64,000 bases of DNA, taken from the IMG/VR virus record IMGVR_UViG_3300025502_000012, one strand, 5' to 3'. Positions 1 through 10,099 of the stretch are shown one piece after another. The stretch comes from an uncultured virus (IMG/VR IMGVR_UViG_3300025502_000012). Its lineage: Duplodnaviria > Heunggongvirae > Uroviricota > Caudoviricetes. The notes under the pieces are model-generated. The model ran no database searches, was not told the origin of the DNA, and worked only from the letters and a program-made list of their open reading frames with translations. Made by a program: the position numbers and the translations under genes. Position 1 is the stretch's first letter, and the number at the start of each line of letters is the position of its first letter.

Positions 1-678
1 ATAGTTTTTTACAACTTCTATGTCATCATTATAATACTGTAAAACTTGATTTATGAGTCTTCTTATTTTTGCTTCACCATTATTTGCTTTTGTAATGTCT
101 TGGTCTTTTAATATATCAGTAATATTAGATTCCATCTCATCTATATTTGACTTATCTATTAAACCTTTATCAATATTATATTGTACAATATCTTTTGTAG
201 ATTGAGCAACTTGTTCATCACCTCTACCTCTTTTAACATATTCAAGGTTAGCGTTTTCATTTGACTGCCAAGTTTTAGCATTTTGAAATGTATCGAACTC
301 TACAACTGCAACAAATAAATCTCCATTTTTACTATCATAAAAAGCTTGGAAAGTATGTTCACCTGTAAGTAAAACTAACTTACCGCTTTTAGTTATTATT
401 ACCGTAGGTGATATATAATTACCTTCTCTCCACAAACCGCTTTCAATTAAAGAAACTAAATCTTGTTTATGTTGATTATCAACTGCTCTTATATTTGAAA
501 GTTTATGTCCACTTATTTTAGTAAGTAACATTAATAAAGGTATTCTATAAAAACCAACAAACGTCATACCTTTAACAGCTTTAGTTTTGAATTTTGGTCT
601 TACTTGACCAATGTCAGCAACTTTAAATTTTTTTATTTCATTATAAACTTTTTTAATTATATTTTTTGTTTCAAACAT
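1..678 (-). CDS. ParB/Srx-like domain protein, truncated by window edge (not in ORF track)
   Basis: Open frame from ATG 678 to the window start: MFETKNIIKK...NIRAVDNQHKQDLVSLIESG..ISPTVII..LVLLTGEHTFQA, resembling the ParB N-terminal GxH(R) motif; sigma70 promoter upstream. Confidence 0.55.
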   Translation of the reverse strand, partial: MFETKNIIKKVYNEIKKFKVADIGQVRPKFKTKAVKGMTFVGFYRIPLLMLLTKISGHKLSNIRAVDNQHKQDLVSLIESGLWREGNYISPTVIITKSGKLVLLTGEHTFQAFYDSKNGDLFVAVVEFDTFQNAKTWQSNENANLEYVKRGRGDEQVAQSTKDIVQYNIDKGLIDKSNIDEMESNITDILKDQDITKANNGEAKIRRLINQVLQYYNDDIEVVKNY

Positions 679-684
679 ACTATT

Positions 685-713
685 ATTATACATTAAAATT
701 GGTTAAAAGTAAA
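685..713 (-). promoter_or_regulatory. sigma70-type promoter, probably leaderless
   Basis: TTTACT-17-TATAAT, 6 nt before ATG 678. Confidence 0.65.
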
Positions 714-743
714 TGGTCTGTATTGTCACAGGTAATACCTTGT

Positions 744-773
744 AAAACGTGGGTGGCCACTACACCACCCACA
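744..773 (-). terminator. Rho-independent terminator after AAA ATPase gene
   Basis: GTGGGTGG/CCACCCAC stem with 8-nt loop, followed by GTTTT on the minus strand. Confidence 0.6.
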
Positions 774-797
774 AGGACTACACTATGATTGATAGAT

Positions 798-2018
798 TTA
801 GTATCCAGATGAATCCTCATCTTTATCCGACTCACTATCATTGTCTTTCATTTGTTCAGCTATATCAGATTTCTTCTGGTCGTCCATAATGCTTTCAGCA
901 TTGGCACCAGCGTCAACCTTTGTATATAACTCTACAAAAGAATTTTTTGTATCATCATCAAATCTATTAGTACACATTTGAATCGCCTTCATCTTATTAT
1001 CAAAGATACCAAACGCTTGTGTGATATGTACCAGTCTTCTAGTTGAGATAATCTCATCAACACCACCATCAAAATAAGTTTTTCTGATTACATCTGCCCA
1101 AGTAGTCAACTTATCAACAAACTGATCGTCTGTCTTACCAGCGGCTTTTAAAGTGTTGGTTAGTATCTTTTTTTCAATCTTCATTGTTGGATAAGATTGT
1201 TCAAAGGTAATTGGAAATCTTTCCAAAAACGCTTCGTTTAAAACATTAGTACCGATAAACTTACCGTCTTCGGAACCTTGACCTTTTGTATTCGCAGTAG
1301 CGATAACATTAAAGCCATCTTTTGGTTTAACGAATTTGTTAATCTTTTTAACAAAGACACCTGAACCCTCAAGGATAGGTTGTAAACACATAATCTTATT
1401 ACTTGCCAAGTCAACCTCATCAAGTAAAAGAATAGCACCTCTTTCCATCGCCTCAATTACAGGACCATTCTGCCATACAGTCTGACCATCTTTTAATCTA
1501 TAACCACCAAGTAGATCATCTTCATCTGTCTCAATAGTAATATTAACTCTGATCAATTCTTTTTTCAACTCGGCACACGCTTGGGTTACACCCATAGTTT
1601 TACCATTACCTGAAAGACCTGTAATAAACACAGGATAGAATTGGTTTGATTTAATAATTTGTTTTACGTCTGGATAGTTACCAAAACTTACAAAGATTGG
1701 ATCTTTTTTTGGAACAATATCACCAACTAAACTTGAAACAACATAAGCGGCTTCTGTCTTCGTAGCTTCAACAGGCGCCTCCATTAACTGTTCGTTCTCG
1801 GTAGTTTTACCTTCAAGTGGTAACTTGTAAGTACCTCTGTCAACTTTGTACTTATCTGTCTTTAACCACGATGGGTTTTTTAATTTCTTTTTTGATACTA
1901 GAGAATTGATCTCAGCTCTAGTAAGAGTATCTGACTTGTAGTGTTTATACAAAACGGATACTTGTTCTTTTTGACTAGTGTTTAAGTCTATCATAGTGTT
2001 GTACTCCTTTTTTTTCAT
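798..2018 (-). CDS. cobS: MoxR/CbbQ-type AAA+ ATPase (phage CobS-like); true start probably ATG 1994
   Basis: Walker A GLSGNGKT, Walker B LLLDEVD, ATANT sensor, FLERF; AAGGAG RBS before ATG 1994. Confidence 0.85.
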   Translation of the reverse strand: MKKKEYNTMIDLNTSQKEQVSVLYKHYKSDTLTRAEINSLVSKKKLKNPSWLKTDKYKVDRGTYKLPLEGKTTENEQLMEAPVEATKTEAAYVVSSLVGDIVPKKDPIFVSFGNYPDVKQIIKSNQFYPVFITGLSGNGKTMGVTQACAELKKELIRVNITIETDEDDLLGGYRLKDGQTVWQNGPVIEAMERGAILLLDEVDLASNKIMCLQPILEGSGVFVKKINKFVKPKDGFNVIATANTKGQGSEDGKFIGTNVLNEAFLERFPITFEQSYPTMKIEKKILTNTLKAAGKTDDQFVDKLTTWADVIRKTYFDGGVDEIISTRRLVHITQAFGIFDNKMKAIQMCTNRFDDDTKNSFVELYTKVDAGANAESIMDDQKKSDIAEQMKDNDSESDKDEDSSGY

Positions 2019-2031
2019 AGTTTATACATTA

Positions 2032-2060
2032 ATTATATCAGGATTAGTTTTAATTGTCAA
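2032..2060 (-). promoter_or_regulatory. Consensus sigma70 early promoter
   Basis: TTGACA-17-TATAAT with extended -10 TG. Confidence 0.85.
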
Positions 2061-2095
2061 CCCATTAAATTGCGTTGATATGTCTATCTTATTCA

Positions 2096-4297
2096 TTACG
2101 CAACCTCCTGAATAAATTGATTTAACAATATTCTACTAACGATTCGCCCTTTCATTGACTTTTTAAACAACTTGGCGATACCACCGGCTTTCATATCATC
2201 TTTAATAGAATCTAAATTAGTATTCTCAATATTCATTTTTTTACCATTCAATAAAAAGTATTTACTATATCCTTGTTTGTTTACTTGCGCAAACTTGTTT
2301 TTAGATATATTACTTTGTATAATTTTTCTTAACTTTTCTTTATGGTTATAATCTCTATAATTGTTTACATACTCGTCCATATCCCATGCTCTTATTTTTT
2401 TAGTCACAAAGAAACCAATAGTTTTAACATTATGTTGTTTTCTTAATATGTCTAATAATAATGAAGTGTACTCATCACTTCTATAATTAGGTTTCTCTTT
2501 ATTTGAATATGCTTTTTTACCAACCTTAATAATTGGAGTAGAACCATGACCATTGTAAGTTTTACCATCATCAGTCATTGTATTACCGAAACACCAGTTA
2601 GCGCCTCCGTCTGTAAGAGTAATCACTGACATTTTTTCAATATTGTTTTTACTTTTAAATATTGGTATCATTTGATTTAACGCAATCAAAGCTTGATTTA
2701 ATGGAGTAGACCCTAAATAAAATTCTGTTGGGCAACCAAAGTTATCACCTTTATATCCTGGAACAACTCCAGAGTGATTAAATCTACCATGATACGATAG
2801 TGCCATTGACCAAATATACATTAAAGACTCATCTAATTTTGTTTTCTTCATACCGTTTTTAGCAATACAAACTAAATGACATTTTTCCATAACTACATTA
2901 CCATATTTGTAAGTAAAAACTTCTTCACCTATACTTTTTTGAGTTTGGCTCCAAGTTGAACCACCAACTTCACTTGTAAAGAAATAAACTTCATAAGGTA
3001 TATTTACTTTTTGACAAAACCAAACTAAATTCATTAGTTGTTCTGTAGTCTGTTTAATAGTATCACACATTGAACCTGACCAATCTAACAACATAATCAT
3101 ACCATGATTTTTAGCGTCAGGTATAATAGTTAATCTTTTGAATATATCATCACTAAATTTGTAATCTTTTAATTTTAGAGGATCAATAGTACCTGTCTTA
3201 GCTGTACTACTTCTCTTATACGCAGTTGCTGCTTTTTTCATTTCAAACTCTTTAACAAGATACATTACTGTTTTCTTATTATCACTTTTGAATTTTTTGT
3301 AAGCTGGTTTCAACCATTCGTAATATTCTTTGTCACCTTGATATTTGTTAATATGTTCTTTAATATGTACTCTCATCTTACTTAAAAATGTATCATTAGA
3401 AACTATCATTTTATTCAATTTACATTTTGGTAAAGTATAGTATGAATAACTTTTTTCTTCATCATGTAAACTAGCCATCTTATCTTTCATAAATTCATCA
3501 GTAATTGAAACTAATGCATCTGGCGCAACACCTTCACCACCACCTTCTTTAGCTTCAGCGTTAGTAATAGTTTGCTCACTACCATCTTTTTTATCTTCAC
3601 CATTATCTTCAGCTTCTGGACCTTTACCATTCTCACTAGACTCTTCACTTTCAGATTTGTCTTCATTCTCGTTAAGGTCGTAATTCTCAGCAATTGGGTG
3701 ATCGTCAAAATCAGGTAATTTCTTTAATTTCTCAACTTCTTTTTTTTGCCAATTCAATAATAGTTTAGCAAGATCAACAACATCATCAAAAGTTTTCAAT
3801 GCGTCAACCTTACTTAACCATTTTGTATCAACAGTGGAGAAAGAAATCGGTAATCTTTTTGAAGACTTATAAAACAAGTTAATTTTATCAATCAACATTA
3901 ATTCTTTGTTTAGGTCTTTACCATTAGTACCAAAGAAATTTTGTTTTTCTAATAAGTCAAAACCGTTTAAGTAATTCTTAACAACACCTGGGTATTGTTT
4001 TTGTATAATTTTATCTATTCTACAATCTTCTAATACATTTACATATGATCTTAAAGAGTCATCTTCTATCTTTGCCCAACCGTCTGTTGGAGTATGTAAA
4101 GCGTGAGCGCATTCGTGTGCGATTAACATATCGTACACATCACCTTTTTGATTTTTGAAAATTGGTAGTGTTAAAACTCTATGTTTCGTATCAAACGAAG
4201 CGGTTTTAACTTTATTATGTTGTATTTCAATATTCTCGGTAGCGATTAACTTTGCGAGTATTGATTTTGTATCTAAATTAATTGTTTGTGTGTCCAT
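2096..4297 (-). CDS. Zincin-like peptidase + VWA domain protein (CobT-like partner of the AAA ATPase)
   Basis: HECAH (HExxH) near the N-terminus, acidic linker, MIDAS DWSGS...T...LTDG. Confidence 0.8.
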   Translation of the reverse strand: MDTQTINLDTKSILAKLIATENIEIQHNKVKTASFDTKHRVLTLPIFKNQKGDVYDMLIAHECAHALHTPTDGWAKIEDDSLRSYVNVLEDCRIDKIIQKQYPGVVKNYLNGFDLLEKQNFFGTNGKDLNKELMLIDKINLFYKSSKRLPISFSTVDTKWLSKVDALKTFDDVVDLAKLLLNWQKKEVEKLKKLPDFDDHPIAENYDLNENEDKSESEESSENGKGPEAEDNGEDKKDGSEQTITNAEAKEGGGEGVAPDALVSITDEFMKDKMASLHDEEKSYSYYTLPKCKLNKMIVSNDTFLSKMRVHIKEHINKYQGDKEYYEWLKPAYKKFKSDNKKTVMYLVKEFEMKKAATAYKRSSTAKTGTIDPLKLKDYKFSDDIFKRLTIIPDAKNHGMIMLLDWSGSMCDTIKQTTEQLMNLVWFCQKVNIPYEVYFFTSEVGGSTWSQTQKSIGEEVFTYKYGNVVMEKCHLVCIAKNGMKKTKLDESLMYIWSMALSYHGRFNHSGVVPGYKGDNFGCPTEFYLGSTPLNQALIALNQMIPIFKSKNNIEKMSVITLTDGGANWCFGNTMTDDGKTYNGHGSTPIIKVGKKAYSNKEKPNYRSDEYTSLLLDILRKQHNVKTIGFFVTKKIRAWDMDEYVNNYRDYNHKEKLRKIIQSNISKNKFAQVNKQGYSKYFLLNGKKMNIENTNLDSIKDDMKAGGIAKLFKKSMKGRIVSRILLNQFIQEVA

Positions 4298-4304
4298 GTA
4301 GCTA

Positions 4305-4390
4305 ATACTATCAGGATTAACTTTAAAGTCAACCCTTTAAATTGCTAATGTTTATGTAGGTTATTTGATGTAAATGTTCTTACTTTGTTC
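4305..4390 (-). promoter_or_regulatory. Early promoter module with LexA-like box
   Basis: GAAC-N7-GAAC (4376-4390), TTGACT-16-TAGTAT with TG extension, 7 nt before ATG 4297. Confidence 0.65.
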
Positions 4391-5669
4391 TTTTTAACAC
4401 TTTTTCGTATATATTAGACGCTAGATTCTTCATCATTAGAGGTGCAACCATACGACCGATTCTCTCAGCCTTCTGGTCAAACTTACCTTGTAAGTTATAA
4501 TCATCTGGTAAACCCATAATTCTTATTAACTCTTTAATAGTAAACTTTCTATTCTTATTATAATGAAATACACCAGATACACTCATCTGTTGTCCTCTTT
4601 GTGTTAGTGTGGGACAAGGTAAGTTCTCAGCAGGTCTTATCATATTAAACATTGATTTCTTATAGTTTATATCTACAAAATGATATTCTTTGTCAGTATC
4701 CCATTCATAGTGTTTAACATCTGTATTCATTAATTGATCTATTGTAGTATTACTATTTGATACTACTGGCTTCGCATTTTTCTCTTTGAAACCCATCGCT
4801 TTGTATTCTTCCCATTTATCTTTGGGTATAATTCGTATTGAGTTCTCACTTGGTTTAAGATGTTTCTTTGGACCAAAAGGTAATATCTCTACCCACTTCT
4901 TTTGAAAGCCACCTTGTACATAATCGTATAATTCTTTTTCTTCTTCTTCATTGTTCTGTACATCTTCAATAGATTCTTTTAGTGATATTTGTTTAGGATA
5001 TGGTTGTGGATATAGTTCATTTTCCATAGTCATAAAGTTTAATCCAGCCTCTTCCATTATATCGTTTCTTACAGCAATAAAGAAACATCTTTGTCTTCCT
5101 TGTGGAGTACCATAGTCTGCGGCATTTAATACTTTACCTACAGCTTCATAACCTAATTTACCAAATTCGTTTATAATTCTATTAAAATATTCTTTCGCTT
5201 CTCCCATTGTAATACCAGCAACATTTTCACCAATTACTACTTTAGGCATTATCTCTCCAGCAATTCTTGTAAATTCAAAGAATAAATCTTCTATGTTTTC
5301 TACTTGTTTTCCGTCTGAATATGTCTTGGTTTGATCCCAACCCTTTTCTCTTTTACCAGCAACACTAAACGCTGAACATGGAGGAGAACCATCAAGTATA
5401 TCTAATTCACCTTTCTTAATACCTGCCGCTTTTAAAAAATCTTCACCAGTAAGTTTCTTTATATCATCTGGTAATATTGGGGTATTTGGATAATTTGATT
5501 TATAAGTTTCTTGTGCTGATTCAACAAATTCATTTACACATAATATCTTACCACCTGCTAATCTATAACCTGTTGAAGACCCACCACCACCAGCAAAAGT
5601 AGAGATAACATTAAATAGTTCTTTATTAGAGTTATCAATAACTTCTTTTAAGTAGTATGGTTTAAACAT
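4380..5669 (-). CDS. dcm: DNA (cytosine-5) methyltransferase
   Basis: Motifs FAGGGG, GSPPC, ENV, QGRQR, C-terminal RIGRMV. Confidence 0.9.
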   Translation of the reverse strand: MFKPYYLKEVIDNSNKELFNVISTFAGGGGSSTGYRLAGGKILCVNEFVESAQETYKSNYPNTPILPDDIKKLTGEDFLKAAGIKKGELDILDGSPPCSAFSVAGKREKGWDQTKTYSDGKQVENIEDLFFEFTRIAGEIMPKVVIGENVAGITMGEAKEYFNRIINEFGKLGYEAVGKVLNAADYGTPQGRQRCFFIAVRNDIMEEAGLNFMTMENELYPQPYPKQISLKESIEDVQNNEEEEKELYDYVQGGFQKKWVEILPFGPKKHLKPSENSIRIIPKDKWEEYKAMGFKEKNAKPVVSNSNTTIDQLMNTDVKHYEWDTDKEYHFVDINYKKSMFNMIRPAENLPCPTLTQRGQQMSVSGVFHYNKNRKFTIKELIRIMGLPDDYNLQGKFDQKAERIGRMVAPLMMKNLASNIYEKVLKRTK

Positions 5670-5675
5670 AATGTA

Positions 5676-5704
5676 ATATTATCAGGTTTGTTTCAATTTG
5701 TCAA
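5676..5704 (-). promoter_or_regulatory. sigma70 promoter, probably leaderless
   Basis: TTGACA-17-TAATAT with TG extension, 6 nt before ATG 5669. Confidence 0.75.
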
Positions 5705-5712
5705 TGTTGTAA

Positions 5713-6285
5713 TTATGGTAAGTATCTATTGTCTTTTTTACTCTCGGCACGCATTTTTGTGACCCTATCCATCTCTTTTTCTGCTTTCTTATAAGCACGC
5801 TTTAGTTTAAATTTAGATGCGTGTTCAGTAAAGTTTCTTCCTAGTATATGATCGTATTCATGTTGAAATATACGACTAAACATTCCATCAAAAGTACCTT
5901 CTTGTAAATCACCTTTCTCGTCTTCGTATTTGACTGTGATTTTTCTAGGTCTTGTTATTGATAAAAATACAAATGGGAAAGTTAAACAACCTTCTTGCAT
6001 AACTACAGTTTCTTCACTAGAGTTAATTATGATAGGGTTAAAACAAGCTATCTTTAAACCATTTTCTAAAGTAAGATGATCTCCTAATACAAACATATTG
6101 AAAGGTAAACCAACTTGATTAGAAGTTAAACCTATTCCACCATATTTTTTCATAGCAGCAAACATAGATTCAGTTAATTCTTTTCTATCTTTAAAGCCTT
6201 CTTCTTTTAACACATCATCAGTAAATGGTGCTAGTGCTGTTTGTACTCTCGGGTCTGATGGTGGTATTAATTTTAGTTCTTTCAT
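5713..6285 (-). CDS. def: Peptide deformylase
   Basis: GIGLTSNQVG, EGCLT and QHEYDH motifs. Confidence 0.92.
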   Translation of the reverse strand: MKELKLIPPSDPRVQTALAPFTDDVLKEEGFKDRKELTESMFAAMKKYGGIGLTSNQVGLPFNMFVLGDHLTLENGLKIACFNPIIINSSEETVVMQEGCLTFPFVFLSITRPRKITVKYEDEKGDLQEGTFDGMFSRIFQHEYDHILGRNFTEHASKFKLKRAYKKAEKEMDRVTKMRAESKKDNRYLP

Positions 6286-6293
6286 ATTATATC

Positions 6294-6710
6294 CTATTTA
6301 GTTGCCATTGATATTCCAAGTCTTGGTGTTAAGGGTATTACATTGTGATAAGTTCCAGCAGGAACAGTAATCAAGTCACCCGGTTTTAATATATGTTGTT
6401 CTCTTTGATCTATAATCCATAATGTTTGTCCTTGACATTGCCAATATATAACTTCCATAGTATCTACATGATTGCCAAATGTTCCTGTACTACTTGCTAA
6501 GTTCATATACATATGCGCATACTTTTGTTCTAATTGTTCCAATACTTTCATAACTGATGGCATTAGATGAGCACTAAACGAAACATAAAATCCTGGTTCT
6601 TTCATTTTTAGTTCTAGTTTATTATTGATAGTATGATCTAAATTATCTATTGCTTCTGCCCAAGTTGAAGTATTTAAATTAAATTCTGTTTTAACAGATA
6701 CATTAGACAT
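6294..6710 (-). CDS. Cupin/JmjC-like protein
   Basis: HVD...LKPGDLITVPAGTYHNV cupin signature. Confidence 0.75.
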   Translation of the reverse strand: MSNVSVKTEFNLNTSTWAEAIDNLDHTINNKLELKMKEPGFYVSFSAHLMPSVMKVLEQLEQKYAHMYMNLASSTGTFGNHVDTMEVIYWQCQGQTLWIIDQREQHILKPGDLITVPAGTYHNVIPLTPRLGISMATK

Positions 6711-8418
6711 ATTGTAGCTCCGTAAAATTATGTTCTTTCTTAAACTTAATTATGTTTGTAAATTTATCAAATAGTATATCGCCTTTGTGTGATATGATAA
6801 AGATATTTTCTTTGTCTAATTTCTTAACTATCTTAAAGAAGTCATCTGTACCTTGTCCATCTAACGAGCTATCAAATATTTCATCAAGTACCATTAAGTT
6901 TGTATTGGCACTGTTCTTCATCTTCGCAATAGCACGCCAAGTAAATACAAGAGCTAAATCTATTCTCATTTTTTCACCCTCGCTAAAGCTATTATAATCA
7001 AAAACATCTCTGTGTCTGCTCTTAACAGTTTCATTAAATTCTTCATCTAAATGAAAGTTAACAAAGAAGTCCATAGATTGTAAATGTTGATTAATTAATT
7101 GATTCATAATGGGTAGATACTTCTTAATGATTTTAGCTTTAGCACCTTTGTCACCAAGTATCTCTCTTATAACATCAAGGTATTTCTTCTCTTCAGTAAT
7201 TCTAGTTAATTCAATTTTTGTTTGTTCTAATTGATTTTTAAGTTCTACTAGTTGACCTTCAACATCTTTACTGTCTTCATCTTTACCCTCTAACAATAAT
7301 ATTTCATTATGTAAACTATCACTAAATTTCTTTATCTCATCTATTGAAGTATTAAGTTTTGACATTTCTATATTAATATCATACATCTTATTTGATACTT
7401 TGTTTAAATCAGTAATTTGATTTTCTACTTTAGCTAGTTCTGATACTAAATCTTTCATACCATCATTCAAAGTGACTATCTTTTTCTTTTCATAATCAAT
7501 CTTACTATCTTTAAACTTATCTTCTATTTGCTGTGTACAAGTTGGACAATTATCATTTTCTTCAAAAAATTGTAAATTCTTTTCGTGTGTTTGTAAGTTT
7601 TGTTCTATCTTTGTTTCTAATTTTTCTAATTGTTTTTGTTTAGTTTCAATCTTGTTCTTATCTTTAATAGTATCTTCTAACTGCTTATAATCATTATCTA
7701 ACTTTTGTATTTTTCTTAAATACTGTTCTTTAGCATCTGTATTTTTTTGTAGTTTACTTCTCTTAATATCAATGTCGCTTGTACTTCTATTCTTTAATTC
7801 ATCAAAATGTTTTGTTTCTATTTCATATTTTGATTCTATTAAATCACATTGGTGTCTAGCTTCTGTAATTTGTTTAGATAAATCGGTTTGTTGATTTCTT
7901 GTTAATATATCCATATGAGATAAAACTCTTATGTCTAATATTTCTTCTACAACCTCTCGTCTATGTCTTGGTCTCATCTGCATAAATGGTTGATAAGAAG
8001 AAGAACCTAGTACAGCAATCTGTTTAAATGCTCTATAATTTAATCTTAATATTTGATCTTCTAATACATTTTGATAATCTACACTTGAAGCGTCTTGGTT
8101 TTGTAATACATCATCACAATAGATTTCAAATATAGCTGGTTTGATACCTCTTATAATTTTATAGTTCTTTGTACCGACTTGAAATTCGGCCTCAACAATT
8201 GTATCACCGTTATTAATAGTATTAACAATTTGCTCTTTTTTGATATTTCTAAATGGTCTATTAAATAACGAAAAACATAATGCGTCTAGCATAGTTGATT
8301 TACCTGAACCATTACCACCAATCATCAAAGTCATTTGTGATTTTCTTAAATCTATCTCAACAAAAGTATTACCTGTTGATAGAAAGTTTTTCCATTTTAT
8401 TTTCTTAAAAATAATCAT
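6703..8418 (-). CDS. gp46: Recombination endonuclease ATPase subunit (Rad50/SbcC-like)
   Basis: GGNGSGKS, CPTC zinc hook, FSEGE signature, LDEIFD. Confidence 0.95.
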   Translation of the reverse strand: MIIFKKIKWKNFLSTGNTFVEIDLRKSQMTLMIGGNGSGKSTMLDALCFSLFNRPFRNIKKEQIVNTINNGDTIVEAEFQVGTKNYKIIRGIKPAIFEIYCDDVLQNQDASSVDYQNVLEDQILRLNYRAFKQIAVLGSSSYQPFMQMRPRHRREVVEEILDIRVLSHMDILTRNQQTDLSKQITEARHQCDLIESKYEIETKHFDELKNRSTSDIDIKRSKLQKNTDAKEQYLRKIQKLDNDYKQLEDTIKDKNKIETKQKQLEKLETKIEQNLQTHEKNLQFFEENDNCPTCTQQIEDKFKDSKIDYEKKKIVTLNDGMKDLVSELAKVENQITDLNKVSNKMYDINIEMSKLNTSIDEIKKFSDSLHNEILLLEGKDEDSKDVEGQLVELKNQLEQTKIELTRITEEKKYLDVIREILGDKGAKAKIIKKYLPIMNQLINQHLQSMDFFVNFHLDEEFNETVKSRHRDVFDYNSFSEGEKMRIDLALVFTWRAIAKMKNSANTNLMVLDEIFDSSLDGQGTDDFFKIVKKLDKENIFIISHKGDILFDKFTNIIKFKKEHNFTELQYV

Positions 8419-9025
8419 GTGGTAATTTATCTCTATTAGCTATTTCCATATTACCTGATACACTTATTCGTGTACAATCTGATCTAAATGGTACAACCCA
8501 ATGTTGTAATAATGCTGGAAAAATAATAAAATCTCCTGGTTGTGGTGAAATAGTAAAGCCAGTTGTGGCCCAACGAGGTCTAGCTTGCTGTGAATATTCA
8601 AACATTAACTCACCAGGACCTACTGTTGTTCCGGTATGATTTCTTTGTTCTTTTCTTAATACTTCTGGTACATCTAAAAACAATACAAATGAATAGGCAC
8701 CACCGTGTGTATGAATAGGATTAAAGTCACCAGGCCTCATATAGTTTATCCATAAATCAATAGACTGTAGTTGTACATCTAAATTTTCTATCCTATGAAA
8801 TTTACAATGACCATCTCTATACGCTTGCATATATGGTGTCATTCTACTATAAAAGTTTTCTTCGGTTTCTCTATCAAACTTATATGTATCAATACCTATA
8901 CTAGCTAACTTATGATTGTATTTGTTCTTTAATTTAGAACCAGCTAATAGTAAATCATCTATAATGCTTTGTTCGCATTTAGTCTTCATTACAAAAGGAC
9001 CAAAATTTAGTTCTTGTATTTCCAT
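8405..9025 (-). CDS. 2OG-Fe(II) oxygenase-like protein
   Basis: LWINY..DFNPIHTH...IIFPALLQHWV...RISVSGN. Confidence 0.85.
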   Translation of the reverse strand: MEIQELNFGPFVMKTKCEQSIIDDLLLAGSKLKNKYNHKLASIGIDTYKFDRETEENFYSRMTPYMQAYRDGHCKFHRIENLDVQLQSIDLWINYMRPGDFNPIHTHGGAYSFVLFLDVPEVLRKEQRNHTGTTVGPGELMFEYSQQARPRWATTGFTISPQPGDFIIFPALLQHWVVPFRSDCTRISVSGNMEIANRDKLPHDYF

Positions 9026-10089
9026 TATCTTTCTATTGCATCTGTAAATAGTTCTTTAACTACTTTCTTTAGTTTACTTTTATCTAAATCAGTATCTATT
9101 TGTTCAACATAATTACCTAAAAATGTAAGTGTGTCTTCGCCTTGATCTAATATGTTTTCTTTTACACTAGCTGTTATATCAGTATTCAAATCTTCTATAA
9201 TGTTTATTTCATGTGTGTTAACTGTATTGTGTAATTTGTCAATTAGGTTATTAAACATATCTTCGTTTGTTTTGTTTGTCACAAATACTTTAACAAAGGT
9301 ATTTTCAAATTGAGTTAAATCTTTTTTAGTATAATCATTTTCTTTATCATTATAAACAAGTTTTTTATGTAAACGAATAGGATTGGGTATTCTTTGTAGT
9401 TCTCTTGTTTCTGTATCAAATACATGGAAACCTTTTGGACATTTATAATCTGACCAAGTAATCTCATATTGAGCGCCACAATAATATATTTGACCATCAT
9501 CTGATTTTTTATGAAAGTGACCAGATATAACTTTTTCAAATCTTTTAAATAACGACTTATCTAAACCTTGATTATTATAAGCACCATTATGCATTTCAAA
9601 ACCTTTTATCTCTAAATGACCCATCGCAACTTGTGCTTTACTATTTTGTATTTCTCTTAAAGAGTGTTCGTAATTCTCATCACATATCCAAGGTATGAAT
9701 AGTATATCTAATCCACCAAGATTAACAGTTTGAGCTTTATCATAAATCCACGGCTCATGTTTACCGTCATAGGTTGTACACAATTCTGTAATCGCATTTA
9801 CTTCATTTGTATTTTTATAATAGGTGTCGTGGTTTCCTAATATGATATGAGTATCAACTCCTTCTTCCCATAATCTTTTCATAAACTTTTGTCTAAAAGT
9901 ATGTGCTGTTTTAAAGTTGATAAACTTTCTTCTATCAACAACATCACCTAAGTGTACAAAGGTTTTAATATCATGTTCTTTTAAATAAGGGAAAAATACC
10001 TCATCATAAAAACGCATAAAATAATCCAGGAATGCTGAACTGTCATTTCGTGCACCGAAGTGCGTATCATTTAATAACGCAATTTTCAT
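9025..10089 (-). CDS. gp47: Recombination endonuclease nuclease subunit (Mre11/SbcD-like)
   Basis: DTHFG, GDVVD, GNHD and SGHFH phosphoesterase motifs. Confidence 0.95.
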   Translation of the reverse strand: MKIALLNDTHFGARNDSSAFLDYFMRFYDEVFFPYLKEHDIKTFVHLGDVVDRRKFINFKTAHTFRQKFMKRLWEEGVDTHIILGNHDTYYKNTNEVNAITELCTTYDGKHEPWIYDKAQTVNLGGLDILFIPWICDENYEHSLREIQNSKAQVAMGHLEIKGFEMHNGAYNNQGLDKSLFKRFEKVISGHFHKKSDDGQIYYCGAQYEITWSDYKCPKGFHVFDTETRELQRIPNPIRLHKKLVYNDKENDYTKKDLTQFENTFVKVFVTNKTNEDMFNNLIDKLHNTVNTHEINIIEDLNTDITASVKENILDQGEDTLTFLGNYVEQIDTDLDKSKLKKVVKELFTDAIER

Positions 10090-10099
10090 AGTTTAATAA

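Noticed and set aside
798..2018. Cobalamin-biosynthesis role for the CobS-like gene
   Set aside because: No CobN or other cob genes here, and the partner carries a peptidase motif; a generic MoxR-VWA role fits better
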